From positions 81,654,001-81,718,000 of the forward strand of contig OX597827.1 in assembly GCA_951406725.2 (NCBI GenBank): a DNA stretch of 64,000 nucleotides. Direction: 5' to 3'. Position numbers and translations under genes: made by a program. Below the pieces are notes generated by a model. That model searched no databases, was not told the DNA's origin, and was given only the letters and a program-made list of their open reading frames with translations. Below are positions 26,132 through 39,599 of the stretch, in pieces. The DNA comes from Octopus vulgaris. Taxonomy: Eukaryota. The first letter of the stretch is position 1. Each line of letters starts with the position of its first letter.

Positions 26132-26830
26132 TCAGATGGAGGATTTAGGGAATGTCTTACAAATCTTCACTGTATCATAATAGATTTGGAGAATCCGCAT
26201 CAGTTTATTTTGCTCATTTTCCTTGAAACTGAGTATTTCTAGGCTTTTGTGCAAATTTGTCAGTACGTAACCTAATGCTCCGATGATGATAGGTACAAAT
26301 AAGAATTCAGATTCAAGGTACAAACGCTGTAAGTTCCACATTAATTCACCACAAATGTTCACTTTTTCCTGGACTTTTGATTGTACATTCACATCCCCTG
26401 GACAGCTGACCGCAAAAACAGTGCCTCCCTTTTGTTCCCTGTCCCACAGAACAATATCAGGTTTGTTATGGTTGCACTGAATTAATGTTTTTATTGCTTG
26501 TTTTTAAAGGTGTAAATACCTGCTGGTTCTGACATATGCTTTGATGTATACACCAGAGTAGCCATTCCTCCAGGCAGCATTGTAAATGGTGTTGGCAACT
26601 ATATTATGCCTCAGGGGCAGGTAGTGTCTGATAGACCTTTTGGGGTAATTGCTGATATCTTCCACACTGGTGTAGCAGAGCCAGCATTCTTTATCACAGC
26701 ATGGAAGTCTGACGGTATATTTGTTCCTCTTGTTTATCAGGTATTTATTAGCTATCTCCTGTTCCTGGATAACGAAGGCTTATTCTTCTAGATGCAAAAT
26801 AAGGTATCTATCACAGGTCCAGAAGAAACG
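26132..26830 (-). mobile_element. R4/Dong-like (RLE) LINE C-terminal fragment
   Basis: The minus strand encodes KPDIVLWDR and FVPIIIGALG motifs of a restriction-like endonuclease domain. Confidence 0.7.
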
Positions 26831-26869
26831 ACTCTTCCTGTCAATGTTGTTGTTATCTTCTAGCTTACA

Positions 26870-27570
26870 GGACATGTACCTTCTGTTGGTATGATACCTG
26901 CTTCTTCTCCAAGCTTCTGTTTAGGTAGGCTAGTCCTGCCTCTTTTCGGTCACATGAGACCGTTGTTTTCTCAGAGTACCTATGCAAGAAGAAATAGAGA
27001 CACAACCAGGCTGTAAAAGTTTTACACTGGAAAAAATGGTGATTTTGAAGTTGGGAACACATGGTACAATCATTGAGTTGAAAGAGTACTGGAGTCGGAG
27101 AAGTGTAAAATTTTGTGGGACTTCCCTATTCAGACAGACAAGAAGTTAAAATATAATTGACCAGACATAATGATTGTAGATAAGGAAAAACGAAGATGCT
27201 TACTTATTGACCCATCATGACTGTTTGATTCCAGGATCATAAAGAAGTAGAAAGAAAGAAGAAAAACATGCAATCCTTTAAAATTTGAAATAGGAATTTG
27301 GAGCATGAGACCAGTAAAGGTTGTGCCTATAATAATTGGTATGTTGGGGAACAGTAAGCAAAAATGGGTGAAGGAAATTGGAATAGAATTCCCCAGTAGA
27401 ACTCCAACAGAAAGTTTGTCTCTTAGGGACAGCAAGGATTATCAGGAAGGGTATAAGCACTTGGAAGACTGTAGAAAACTTGTGGATACCTAAGGTTACA
27501 GGTAGTATCCCGCTACCCAGATGAATCCTACCAGGAATAAGACCGAACCGGAGCTAGACCAAAATAATAA
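26870..27570 (+). mobile_element. R4/Dong-like LINE 3' fragment
   Basis: ILWDFPIQTD..PDIMIVDK, VVPIIIG.LG and QKV.LLGTARIIR motifs, ending in (AAT)n. Confidence 0.7.
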
Positions 27571-27574
27571 TATA

Positions 27575-28030
27575 TCCACAGACATGACAGAGTTAGGACC
27601 TATATACACTGGAAGCTATGCCAACACCATGGAATGACAACAGAAAGAAGATGGTATAGGCACGCCTCAGAAAAGGTCTCAGAAAATGAAAAAGTAACCA
27701 TACTCTGGGATATGCCAATACATACAGATAGAGAAATCAAGGTTAATAGACCAGATATAGTTGTCAGAGATTCCCAAGAACAATAATGCCTTCTAATCGA
27801 TGTATCAATGCCAGCAGATGATAATGAATTTCTAAAAGAAATGGAGAAACACTCAAAGTACAAAGACCTGGAAATAGAGGCAACCTGAATGTGGAGCCTA
27901 AAAACAGAAACAACCCCTATAATAATAGGTGCATCAGGTATGATTAAAAAGCATACAGACTCATAGATAACCAAAACATGAGAATTTACGAATTTATATA
28001 ACACAGAAAATAACACAACTAGAAACCATG
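27575..28030 (+). mobile_element. R4/Dong-like LINE 3' fragment (different subfamily)
   Basis: YIHWKLC, ILWDMPIHTDREIK.NRPDIVV, KYKDLEIE and PIIIGA.G motifs with stops. Confidence 0.75.
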
Positions 28031-28039
28031 CACATTGGT

Positions 28040-28663
28040 GGGAAACATATTGTAAGAAGGTGTTTGTTGATTGATGTAACTTTCCCAGGGGGTGTCATTA
28101 TATGAATCGTAAAGAAAATTGTACAGTATGTTGACTTGAGAATAATGTCAAAAGAATGTGGCATGTGGTAGCATGAGTGGTACCAATTGTGACTGGAGTA
28201 CTTGGGTCAGTGAGGAAAATCCTTCAGAAACATCTTGGTACAAATGGAATCTGTCCCAGCATTATGACATTGCAAAAGGCAAAATGGAAACAGAAAATAT
28301 CTTGCAGGAGCTGTTTGAGGTTACTTAACTTGATAGGGTGTCAGTTAAACAATCCATTGTTAACAAGATCATCACTGTGCAAACGAAGGAACAATGATGA
28401 TGATGATGATGATAATAATAATAATGATAATAATAATAATAATAATGATAATGAAAATTATGATAATAGCTGCTGTCAGGCTTGAAGTGATCCAGAAGAC
28501 AGCATTCTTGGGTACAGCTCGCATTCCAAGGAGAGTATTGTCTCTTTGAGTCACAGGAGACGGCACTTATTGAAACCTTTGGTGATTTGTTATTGCCTGC
28601 TTTCAAGTAAAGAACAACCAATAATTAACTATCTGAGAGTTTTTCGGAATAATAATAAAACTA

Positions 28664-28711
<48 letters not shown>
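28040..28711 (+). mobile_element. Two short R4/Dong-like LINE 3' ends, each with an (AAT)n tail
   Basis: VVPIVTGVLG then a (GAT)/(AAT)n tail to about 28460; IQKTAFLGTARIPRRVL* then (TAA)n at 28668-28711. Confidence 0.65.
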
Positions 28712-28712
<1 letters not shown>

Positions 28713-30930
28713 GTTTCAGATATATGAGTAAAAAGATAAGCAATTAGAAAGCAGCAGGATTTGATGGTGTACAGAGATTTTGGATAAAAAAGTTCAGTAG
28801 TTACCATAAATTGATCACAGAACTATTCAATGCATTGATCGATAGAGAGGATGAAATCCCAGGCTGGTTGACAAAAGGACGAACAGTGTTGTGCCTGAAG
28901 GATGCATCGAAGGGAAATGTTGCTGACAATTAAAGACCAATTTCCTGCTTCCTGTTAATGTGGAAGTTATTGTCAGGAGGAATTGCAGAAGAACTGTATA
29001 AATTTCTTGAGGAGAATGATATATTACTGCCGGAACAAAAAAGCTGTAGAAGGAGATGCAGAGGTACCAAAGATCAACTATTGACAGACAAAATGGTAAC
29101 CCAAGATTGTAAATGAAGGAGAACAAATCGTGGATCATGGAGTGCTTAGATCTCTTTGGAATTGTGAGGAATTAGCATACTTCCTGAAGAGAAGTGTGGT
29201 GGGATGGAAAACTGAACTGATATCTTATGGAAAAAGCTTGGGCACCCTTGCTATCAGAAGAGGGATTTTCCAGGATGACAGCCTATCTCCATTACTTTTT
29301 ATTCTCTGCATCATATACCTGACCTTGAGATTCAGGAAAATGAACCTGGGTTACCAACTAAAGAAAAAATCCCAAACAATCAACCACCTCCTCTTCATGG
29401 ATGATTTGAAACTGTATGGCAAATATGAGACACAAGTCAGTTCCTTGGTGAACATGGTCCACTGATTTAAAACTGATATTACAATGGAATTTGGACTGAG
29501 CAAGTGTGGACTAATCTACCTAAAAAGAGGCAAAGTACAGTCCCTAGCAGGGATAGAATTACCAAATAGAAACTTGAATAAGCAAATTGAAACGGAAGGA
29601 TACAAATACTTTGGTGTACTAGAGTGCAATGAGATAATGGAAGAGGAAATGAAAGAGCAACTGAGGATGGAGTATTTCCGAAGACTGAGGTTGGTACTGT
29701 GCTCAAAAGTGACTGAATGGAATAAATTCCAAGCAGTTAAAACATAGGCAATATCATCACTTTGGTATGGAGCAGGAATTATAAAATGGCAAAAGAGAGA
29801 AATGAAGAAAATGGATACCAAGACCAGAAAAATGTTGTTAGTACACAGAGCCTTCCATCCTAAACGTGACACCGATAGGCTGTACTTGTCCAGAAGAAAG
29901 GATGGGAGAGGTTTGATCAGTTGCCAGGACTGTATCAAAGCAGAGGAAGACAGCCTAGGGTTATATATAAAAAATGCCATGGAGCCACTGTTGAAGCACA
30001 CGAAGAAGACCAGTGTCATCAAAACTAAAAATTGTGGAACTAAAGAAAAATTTAAACAGGAAATGAACAAAAGAGAAAAAAAAATGAAAAGGCGTGGAAG
30101 GTAAAAAAATGTACAGTCAGTTTGCAAGAGATATGAACACCAAGACAGATACAGAGGTCCGATGGCTGTGGATGAGGATGAGTGACCTGGAGATAGAGAC
30201 ATAAGCACTCATATGTGCAGCTCAGGAACAAGTGTTAAGGACCGATGATGTGAAGTGCAGAATTGACAACACTACTGACAGTGACAAATGCAGACTGTGT
30301 GGTGAGAGGGGTGAAACAGTACGGCACATCATTAGCGAATGCCCGAAATTGGCATAACGCGAACACAAATGGTGCCATGACAATGTGGCAAGAATGATCC
30401 ATTGGGAGCTATAAAGAGCAAAGATGTGGTATGAGAAAACCCCAGAAGGAGTCACCAAAAATGAGAACTGCAAAATCCTGTGAGATGTAATGATCCAGTG
30501 CAATCACCTGACCCTGACCAAACATAGGAAACTGGACATTGTTGTGGTGAATAAAAGACAAAAACATGCATGATTATCAACATAGCAGGATCAATGTGAA
30601 AGAAGAAGAAAAAATAAACAACTACGACAATTTGAAGCGGGAAATACGAAGGTTGTGGTCAATGAAGAGAGTAAACGTAATACCAATAGTAATTGGTGCA
30701 CTTGGAAGTATCAGCACACAGCTACCAACATGGATGAAAAAGATTGGTGCAAGTGTGTAAGTAGAACACCTACAAAAATCACCACTCCTTGGAACTGCAA
30801 GAATTCTTCGCAGGGTTCTTGAATCATGACCACTAAACAAGTGTCACCTTAGTCTACTGGCTGTGGACAGTTGACACATTCCATCATACTCAGCAAAATA
30901 ACTTGTGAAGTTTCATATAATAATAATAAT
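28712..30930 (+). mobile_element. R4/Dong-like non-LTR retrotransposon, 5'-truncated, with RT and RLE pseudogene
   Basis: GIFQDDSLSPLLF and INHLLFMDDLKLY (RT), CRLC..ETVRHIISECPKLA zinc knuckle, RLE motifs and LQKS.LLGTARILRRVL*; many stops and frameshifts; flanked by (TAA)n. Confidence 0.9.
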
Positions 30931-30934
30931 AGTA

Positions 30935-31082
30935 GTAGCTTGGGACTGCTTGAATACTCCAGAAGGTACTAAAAAAATAAGGAGTGTTACCTTAGTTCAC
31001 TGGTAGTGAACAGCTGACACTGTTGTACATCTCCAGCATTAGAAGCTGTGCAAAGACAGTGAATAATAATAATGATAATAAT
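30935..31082 (+). mobile_element. R4/Dong-like LINE extreme 3' end
   Basis: LGTA*ILQKVL, 3' UTR similar to 30830-30920, and an (AAT)n tail. Confidence 0.6.
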
Positions 31083-31107
31083 TTCTGAAAATTGACATCC
31101 ATTAATG

Positions 31108-31614
31108 GGCACCATTCGAGCGTGATCGTTGCCAGAGCAGCCAACTGGCTTCCGTGCCAGTGGGCACGTAAAGGGCACCATTTGAGCGTGATCTTTACCA
31201 AAATCGCCTTCTGGCACATGTGCTGGTGGCAAGTATAAAAGGATTCGAGCAAGGTCGTTGCCAGCACCATTCGAGCGTGATCGTTGCCAGAGCAGCCAAC
31301 TGGCTTCCGTGCCAGTGGGCACGTAAAAGGGCACCATTTGAGCGTGATCTTTACCAAAATCGCCTTCTGGCACATGTGCTGGTGGCAAGTATAAAAGGAT
31401 TCGAGCAAGGTCGTTGCCAGTACCACCTGACTGGCCCCCGTGCCGGTGGCATGTAAAAGCACCCACTACACTCTCGGAGTGGTTGGCGTTAGGAAGGGCA
31501 TCCAGCTGTAGAAAGTCTGCCAGATCAAGACTGGAGCCTGGTGCAGCCATCTGGTTTGCCAGCCCTCAGTCAAAATCGTCCAACCCATGCTAGCATGGAA
31601 AGCGGATGTTAAAC

Positions 31615-31648
<34 letters not shown>
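31108..31648 (+). mobile_element. RTE LINE 3' UTR fragment with an internal ~155-bp duplication
   Basis: Tandem units, GGAAGGGCATCCAGCTGTAG, CCATGCTAGCATGG and a (GAT)n tail. Confidence 0.85.
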
Positions 31649-31751
31649 TAACTCTTAAGAAAGGTAAATGCATAATAAGATGTGCATAATATGATACTTA
31701 TTAAAATAAAGATTGACTCTGTTTATTCAATTGGACAATGATTTGACTGTA

Positions 31752-31890
31752 TAAATTCCACTGAGGTTGACTTTGCCTTTCATCCTTTCAGGGTCGATGA
31801 ATTCAGTACCAGTTGCATACTAGGGTCGATCTAATTGACTGGCCCCCTCCACCCAAAATTTGGGGCCTTGTGCCTCGAGTAAAAAAGAAT
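31752..31890 (+). mobile_element. SINE family B, 3' part
   Basis: GAGGTTGACTTTGCCTTTCATCCTTTC.GGGTCGAT motif. Confidence 0.7.
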
Positions 31891-32265
31891 ATTTTGACTG
31901 TATGTCTGTTGTATTCTCTGGCTTCAAAGTAAAAAATGAAAAATACACAGAAATGCAGGAATTCAAAATTTGAAGTGGGATATCTTGCATTGCTTTCTAA
32001 AAATAGAAGACATCATGTTTTGCCTGTTCATAACTAGTGACAAAAAAGATGAAGAAAAAAAGAAAGAAAGAAAGCAGGAAACTGAACATTTAGTCAAAAC
32101 TAAATTGTGTAAATGTGAAGGAATTCTGCTGTCATTTTGTTGCTTCGTCCATAGTGTGACATTAGTAATTCACAGAAGTATTTATCCTCCTCATGTGTTT
32201 TGAGGACTGAATATTTTGAGGTCAGAATATTTTCTGAGAATATGCACTTTCAGTGTTCCTCAAAA

Positions 32266-32640
32266 TTACAGCCTTTTTGTTGTGAAACGTTCAGTTGAAT
32301 TACTGTTATTGTGCCTCCTATGCCCATTGAATCTTTTATTTAATTGTTCTGTTGTACAACCAACATAAATCAAGTTGTTTTTGGTGCATTCTGCTGCGTA
32401 CACCAAATGGGAATCCTTACTGGTCCCACTCGTTGCATAAATCATAACGTTTCTGTTATGATTTGTGATGGAGTTGACCTGACTGATGCTGTTGCACAAT
32501 GAACAGGGTTTACCCCTCTTATAACTGTTTTTAGGGGTACAGAATTCAGAAAATCCAGTGGGGTTTTGATTATGATTAGAAGAGCTGCTTTGGATAAAAA
32601 AATTACCAACAGTAAAAGGATGAGCGATGGGTACACCCAA
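32266..32640 (-). pseudogene. Penelope-like element GIY-YIG endonuclease fragment
   Basis: CSLC ... SHLVYAAECTKNNLIYVGCTTEQLNKRFNGHR matches the Penelope GIY-YIG pattern (VY..C..YVG.T...L..RF..H). Confidence 0.8.
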
Positions 32641-33816
32641 GGCTCTTAATTTTACTAATTTCTAAATGACAAAATTTGAATTACAATTAATGGAGGCATT
32701 CAAATCCCTGCATGATCATCATCATTACCACCACCACCACCACCACCACCACCACCACCACTCATCATCATCATCATCATCCAAACTATAAGGAACTTCA
32801 TTTTGGTAACTCAACCTGCTAGAAAGTGTGAACAGATTTCCCTCAAAGCACAACATGACATCTCATGAGAGAGGAGAGACTCATTATTTAATGTAGTCCT
32901 AGATACTCTATGACTGAATAAAAGATTGGATAGTCATAGCTGTAATGTCTCTGATCACAGATTTGCATAATCAGGATTGACCCAGAGCTGAACAACAACT
33001 TGTTGGAGTTTAAACTCAACACATCAATAAAAGAAAGCTACACACCTCCATTAGTGAAGCTCAATTATTAGAAAACATGGAAGACGTGTGTGTTGTGAGT
33101 TGTTCAGCTTAGCATTTATTTGTGTTTTAACTGGACTCACTCAGAGTTAAGCAAACAGCATCTCTGAACATTGTAAGGACCTCTGGGAGTTGTCAGACAA
33201 AGGAAGATAGTTTTTGTCCGGGAACAGAGTGGATTGTACTAAAGCTATCTGAGGACCACTTGGTGATCTTAAGCTGGGTAACAATAGCGTGTTTTTTACT
33301 AAATGTACCGAAGGACCAGGTAGTGGTACCAAAGTGGGTAATAACAGCACGGACTCTACTAAATGTTCCCAGGAACCAGATAATACTGGTTTATGAATCA
33401 TGTTATTAATTCCTCAGGCTAATGAAAGGTAAAAGCAACTTTGGTGAGATATGAACTCACATTCATTACGACTAAAACTCTAAATGCACAACCAAAGGAG
33501 AGTTGTTGTACAACGTGACTGTAGCTGTGTATGGTGACCAGTTCAGCCTTCCCTGGTTTATATTTATAACACTGGTTACTAATGACAAAATGAACTGTTG
33601 TAAGAATTTGACCTCTGGCCTGGGGGTGGGTGGGGGATTGGAGTCAGTGCTAAATGCGATCTGCTATTTTGTCTGAGATTTGTTTACTCTCTCAGCTTCC
33701 CTCATGAAACCCCACCCCCTTCTACAATGGGGTAGGTGGGGTCTATCAGTCGATACAGCATTGTGGGTGGGTGTTTATTGGTTAGCAAGGTATGTATATG
33801 TGTGTTTGGGTGTATG

Positions 33817-33857
<41 letters not shown>

Positions 33858-34939
33858 TTGTGTACGTGTGTGGTAATGTATGTCTGTATGTGGGTTTGTG
33901 TTGTTACATAACTGAACATGCATCTATGGTTGTGTGTGTGTGTGTGTGAGCGTGTATGAATAGTTGTGCATAGTTATGTGTGCATGGATGTTTGGTTGTG
34001 AATGTGTGTATGTATACATGCAGTGTGGTGCGTGTTGGGGAGTATCTGTGGATGTGTGTAGTTGAAAGTGTGTGTATGCATTTGTGAGAGTATGTTGTGT
34101 GTGTGTGTGGAGATACAAGAGGATGTATATGTGTGATTATGTTCATACATGTGTGAATTTACGTGTGTGTGTGCGTGTGCGCGCGCACATGTGTATGTGA
34201 TAGTGTGTGTTTGTGTGCACACAAGTGTGTATATCTGATAGTGTGTGTGTGTGTATGGTTGTGTCCAAAGGGGTACATTTGGTTATGTGCTGTTGAAAGT
34301 GAATGTAAAAGCTTGTGTGTGTGTGTGTGTGTGGTTTATGTGCAGAGAACAATAAAAGGACCTCCTTCTTGATTCCCCCCACACACCCTTCACACCCACA
34401 CACAGGGCTGACCCCAAGGGTGATGGAGGAGGTGGGACAAACCCTGTATGTAATTTATTATAACTATTAGTCATAGACTGCATAAATAGGGGAGCTAGAG
34501 AGAGAGAGAGAGAGAAAAAGTGAGCCACTGCCTCCCCCCCCTTGCTGCCCACTGCATGGCTAATGTATGTTTATTTAGCATGTACAGCATATTATTGATT
34601 TATTGACGTCTGGGCAATGAAGGTCCTAGTTTTCTTATATAACACTGAACCAAGCAGAGAGGGATGTTGTGGTGTTCATTACATTCTACAATGATATCAA
34701 TACCAGGAAGAATTTGAAACTGTCCTTAGATGGATATTGAACCCATGACGCTGGATTCAGTCATCATTGTTTCTGATGGTCTGTAAGAGAGGAGATGGGT
34801 GTGCCCATAGCCCTCTACATGCTTGGAGATAACCATGTTACTTACTCAGCAAATCTATATTACAATTACAGCAGGTTTACTATGTTAATAATATATGGAC
34901 TTATTTAAACAAGCATGTTCAAGGTATTGTTTAGCATAT

Positions 34940-35226
34940 ATATATGCATATACATGCATATTGTTATATAATATATGAAATTTATATAGTTATGTATATG
35001 TATGTAATGTATCTGTATATACATATCTATGTATGTGTGTGTATGTATACATATATATTTATCTACATACTCACATATATATGTAAGGTATATGTATGTG
35101 TGTATACACACATACATATATATATAAATATATACATATATATATCTACATACACATATATGTAATATGTGTGTATACATACATACAAACACACATACAC
35201 ACACACATATACATATATATAAATAT

Positions 35227-35273
<47 letters not shown>

Positions 35274-35339
35274 TGTAATATGTGTGTGTATATACATACA
35301 TACATATTTATATAGAGAGAGAAAGAGAGAAGTGTATAC

Positions 35340-35372
<33 letters not shown>

Positions 35373-35658
35373 CGGATACACAGATAGATACCCATCCTCA
35401 TTCATATATGTCTAATTTTGGTGATGCAAACAGGGAGAATAGCACTCAAAACGAGTATTTATATATCTTTTTATTAATATTTAGCAAAAGCACCAGAGTG
35501 ACTAAGAGTTGAGAGTTTCGTGTGTTGGCACTTATCAATTAACACATGAAACTCTTGACCCTTGAGTCACCTTGTTGCTTCTGCTAAATACTAATAAAGA
35601 TATAGAAAAAACATACATAAAAATACTAACAAGAATATACATACGTGTATGTATGTAT

Positions 35659-35696
<38 letters not shown>

Positions 35697-35811
35697 TATA
35701 TATATATATATATATGTATATGTATGTATGTATATATATATATATATATGTATGTATATATATATATATATATGTATATATTTTTATATATATATGTATA
35801 TATATATATAT

Positions 35812-35843
<32 letters not shown>

Positions 35844-35846
35844 GTA

Positions 35847-35891
<45 letters not shown>

Positions 35892-35940
35892 GTATATATG
35901 TATGTATTTGTATGTATGTATATATACTGATGTGTGTATA
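34940..35940. repeat. Compound (TA)n/(TG)n/(CA)n/(GA)n microsatellite blocks
   Basis: Seen directly; similar blocks at 23390-23580, 24170-24290, 33780-34330, 38830-39110, 52140-52300, 57770-57981 and 62352-62590. Confidence 0.95.
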
Positions 35941-37354
35941 ATATCGCTGTGTATAAGGGTTTTGTTCACATGAATAAATGCACCAATCATAACACTAGAG
36001 GAAAATTGTCAAAAAGCTGGTCATATATTTAATGTGAGTTCCTTGCTTCGTAATTGATATTGCGTATTGTGCAGATGATTTGATGTATCGCTGATTATCA
36101 TATATGAGCGGCATCGGGGAATTTTACATGTAATTTCCGGTTTCTATAGCAACAACAGCCTGCTTGGAGAAGAATACTTGCAAGAATAATGTGCCGAAAA
36201 ATTGATGGCTCTGGTGGAGTTGGTAGGGAAGTCAGTTGCCTTAATAGCAATATGATATAAAAGGGTTTTGCTTTGACCAGGGTATTGTCACAGTCACAGC
36301 AACAGGCCACTCCTTCTCTAACCTCTTTCACTTTCTTTAACTTGCTTGCTTGGTCAGTTCACTTTCTGACAATCTGATCTTAGACAGACTATTTAGCTCG
36401 GGTACTTGAAATATTTTCACTGTATTCCTTCGTATACGGATTAATCGAAGAGACCTGGTAGAAGTAGCAGTCGGATTTCCATTGTCAAACTCTATCCTCT
36501 TCAAAAGAGAGAGCGGTGTATTTATGGACTCCACGAAAAATATAGTTTGGTTGGTCATAGCTGGAACGTCTTTGATCATAGGTCTGAGAAAACAGGGTTA
36601 GACTTAAGGCTAAACAACAATGTAGTCACAGAATTTTCTCAAAGATTTATTTGGAAGCACAGCAATCTATGGAACTAGTGTTTACCCTAGGATCAAAATA
36701 TATGTACCTCATCACCACCAACACCCCTAGTTCGAACCTTGGGATATTACTGGTAGACTTTCACAAGCAATTTAAATGAATCTCTAATGAATAACATATT
36801 ATTTAGTCCTGTAGAAATATAATTATTCATAGTTATGTGATTGTACAAGTCAAGTACCTCTTTACAATTAGGTGGACTGTACTTCACTGTGGTACCTACT
36901 TACAGTTAAGTGGCCTGTACCTCATCATTCAGCTGTTTATAATAAATAATCTGCTTAATACTATTGATGGAATTCAATCCAGTGACATAAGGGCTGGTTA
37001 TTTGTGAACCTTTCCTTCTCCTCCTCACTTAGTTGTCTCTCACATACAGAAGGGTAGCATAAATAGGAACCACTGATGATGTTGTGAGGACACACAGAGA
37101 AAATATATGATGCCATTTGCAAAGAGAATGATTGTTCTAAGGCTCAGAATATCTGTCGTTACTGTAGAGGTCATAGTTCATATCGACTATTAAAGGAAGG
37201 AAATTTTGGTAACGTATTCCACTAATACCATATAGGAAGACATGGAACCAGCAGAAAATTTTGCTAAAGAACTCAGAGTTACCATGCTGTGGAAATGCCT
37301 GAACTGATTCCATCTTGGATTTGTTTTGTGTATAATATTAATATATATAAACAA

Positions 37355-37519
37355 CAGGGTTTTTTTTTCCAGTTTTCTTCTGCCAAATCCATTCACAAGG
37401 CTTTGGTTGGCCTGAGGCTATAGTAGAAGACACTTGCCCTGAGTACCACACAGTGGGACTGAACCTGGAAGCATGCAGTTGGGAAGCAAGCTTCTTACCA
37501 CATAGCCATGCCTGCACCT
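37355..37519 (-). mobile_element. SINE family A, 5' half
   Basis: Homology to the family head. Confidence 0.7.
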
Positions 37520-37531
37520 GATACATATATA

Positions 37532-37562
<31 letters not shown>

Positions 37563-39599
37563 ATATAGATATGTGTGTGTATATATATATGTATATAAAT
37601 GCAAGAAAATTTGGAAATAATAGGGTTTACATAGTTATTTGTGCATTGTAGACTTACAGCTGTTTCTGGTATACATTACAGGTGCATTCATAGTTCCATT
37701 TACTCGGTTAATTAATCAATTAATGACCTTGAAAGCCTAAGCACCAAGTCACAAAGCAGACGAAAACTAAAGCAATACAGATATGGAAAGAGGAGTGAAG
37801 AGAAAGGAAAAAAGATATGTATACTGCGTGATCATGTGATCACCAGACTATCAGATGTTGTTATACATCACTGGTCACAATGCACTTGCTTCATTTTAGC
37901 TTTCGAATGATGCTTTCCCATTGAGCTGGTGAGCATTCCTCCTGATTGGTAGGCTTGTCCATCACAGGGTTACCTATCTACAGACAGACAGACAGACAAA
38001 TGTATTTGTTTGTAACCCAGAAGGAATGGAGGATAATATTGACTTCAATAAGATTTGAACTCAGAATGTCAAGGGATAAAAGGGGATATTTTATACCAGC
38101 TTCTGTTGTATTAGCACCACCATCATCATCATCATCATCATACTGTCTGATATGCCAATAAATTTTACTGATCCTTTTAACTACATAACCATTTATATAT
38201 ATATATAAAACCCTATGTTATTTCCAGTAAAAGTTCAATTTATAATGACAACCATTTGTTTTACCTCCTACAGAAGCTCAGATACATTCTGAGAAGTGCA
38301 TTATTGTCACAACATCAACTTCCCTTCACCAAACTCTGACTTCTCACCCTATAGTCAGGAAAAAAATTGATTAAGCCTAATTTGTTATAAGGGTGAGTAG
38401 GGAAATAGGGGAAAACAAAGAGGTAAAATATCTTATTTTAGGGTTCTGGGAAAAGGGGGATAAATATTAAGGGATCTGTGGGGTTTACACATACAAACCA
38501 ATGGAGTTGTTTATCTTGGATGGTGGGGGGAGGCGAAAGTTTGGGATTGCTTGGTGGAACTGCAATTGGTGTAATTAGCATAAAGGGAAGATAAAGTAAA
38601 GGGGTTGTGAGGGAAAATAAGGGTTATAGATTTTGTGGAAAGGGGCCAGTGTTGCTGAAGTTGTAGATTGATTTTTCCTGATGTCTATTTAGTTTCTCCT
38701 AGGGGGAGCCCTTTCTCTCTCTCACACACACACACACACAAACGCTCACAGGCAAAAATACACACACTCATACGTACATAATGCATACATACAAATGTAC
38801 ATCTACATATACAGATAAATATATATTCTATATATGCATACATATACACAAACATATATGTATGTATGTATGTATATATATACATATGTATATGTGTGTG
38901 TATATATATGTGTGTGTGTGTGTATAAATATGTGTATATATATATATGTGTGTGTATATGTATATATGTGTGTGTGTATGTATATGTGTGTGTGTGTGTG
39001 TGTGTATGTGTGTGTGTGTGTGTATATGTATGTGTGTGTATGTATATGTATGTGTGTGTGTGTGTATATGTATGTGTGTGTGTGTGTATATGTCTGTGTA
39101 TATATCTATTTACACATGTTTATGCATGTATATTAACAACAGTGGTGTTGCTGGTGGTGGTGGTGGTTGCATCATCCCCTAATAAGTTGCCATTTTTGAT
39201 TAGAAAGGGATATGAGTTTAGGGAATGAAATCAGTTCCAACATGAATTGGATTTTAAGGGTTTCATAAAGGTGTACAAAGGGATGAGCATGGACACAAGG
39301 GGCAAGGGTGATGATGGTGGAAGAGGATGGCATTTAAACCTTATTCAGATTACTATGGCTGTGGGTTGGGTCGATAGGGCTGGGGGTAGATGTTTCTTGG
39401 GTATTGACACTTCTCTAGGAAATGGTAGTGTACAATAATTTATTGTCCGACCCTGACATAGAAGTATCAACACTAACAGCAGCAGCAATACCATCAGGAC
39501 ATGTACTGCAACCACCACTGCTACCTCCCCCACCACTATGTATATATGTGTGTTTATGTATCCCCCCCCCACTCTTTCTCTCTTTACGTATATACATAT

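Noticed and set aside
29516-30208. 230-aa minus-strand ORF
   Set aside because: It is the antisense frame of the R4/Dong RT region and has no recognisable motifs.
30987-31550. 150-190-aa ORFs over RTE 3' UTR arrays (also 55344-55811, 59921-60561, 62638-63287)
   Set aside because: GC-rich tandem units are open in several frames on both strands, and unit lengths are not consistently multiples of 3.
34905-35990. Many YIYI/CVCV/HTHT ORFs here and throughout the window
   Set aside because: They are translations of (TA)n, (TG)n and (CA)n microsatellites that lack stop codons by construction.
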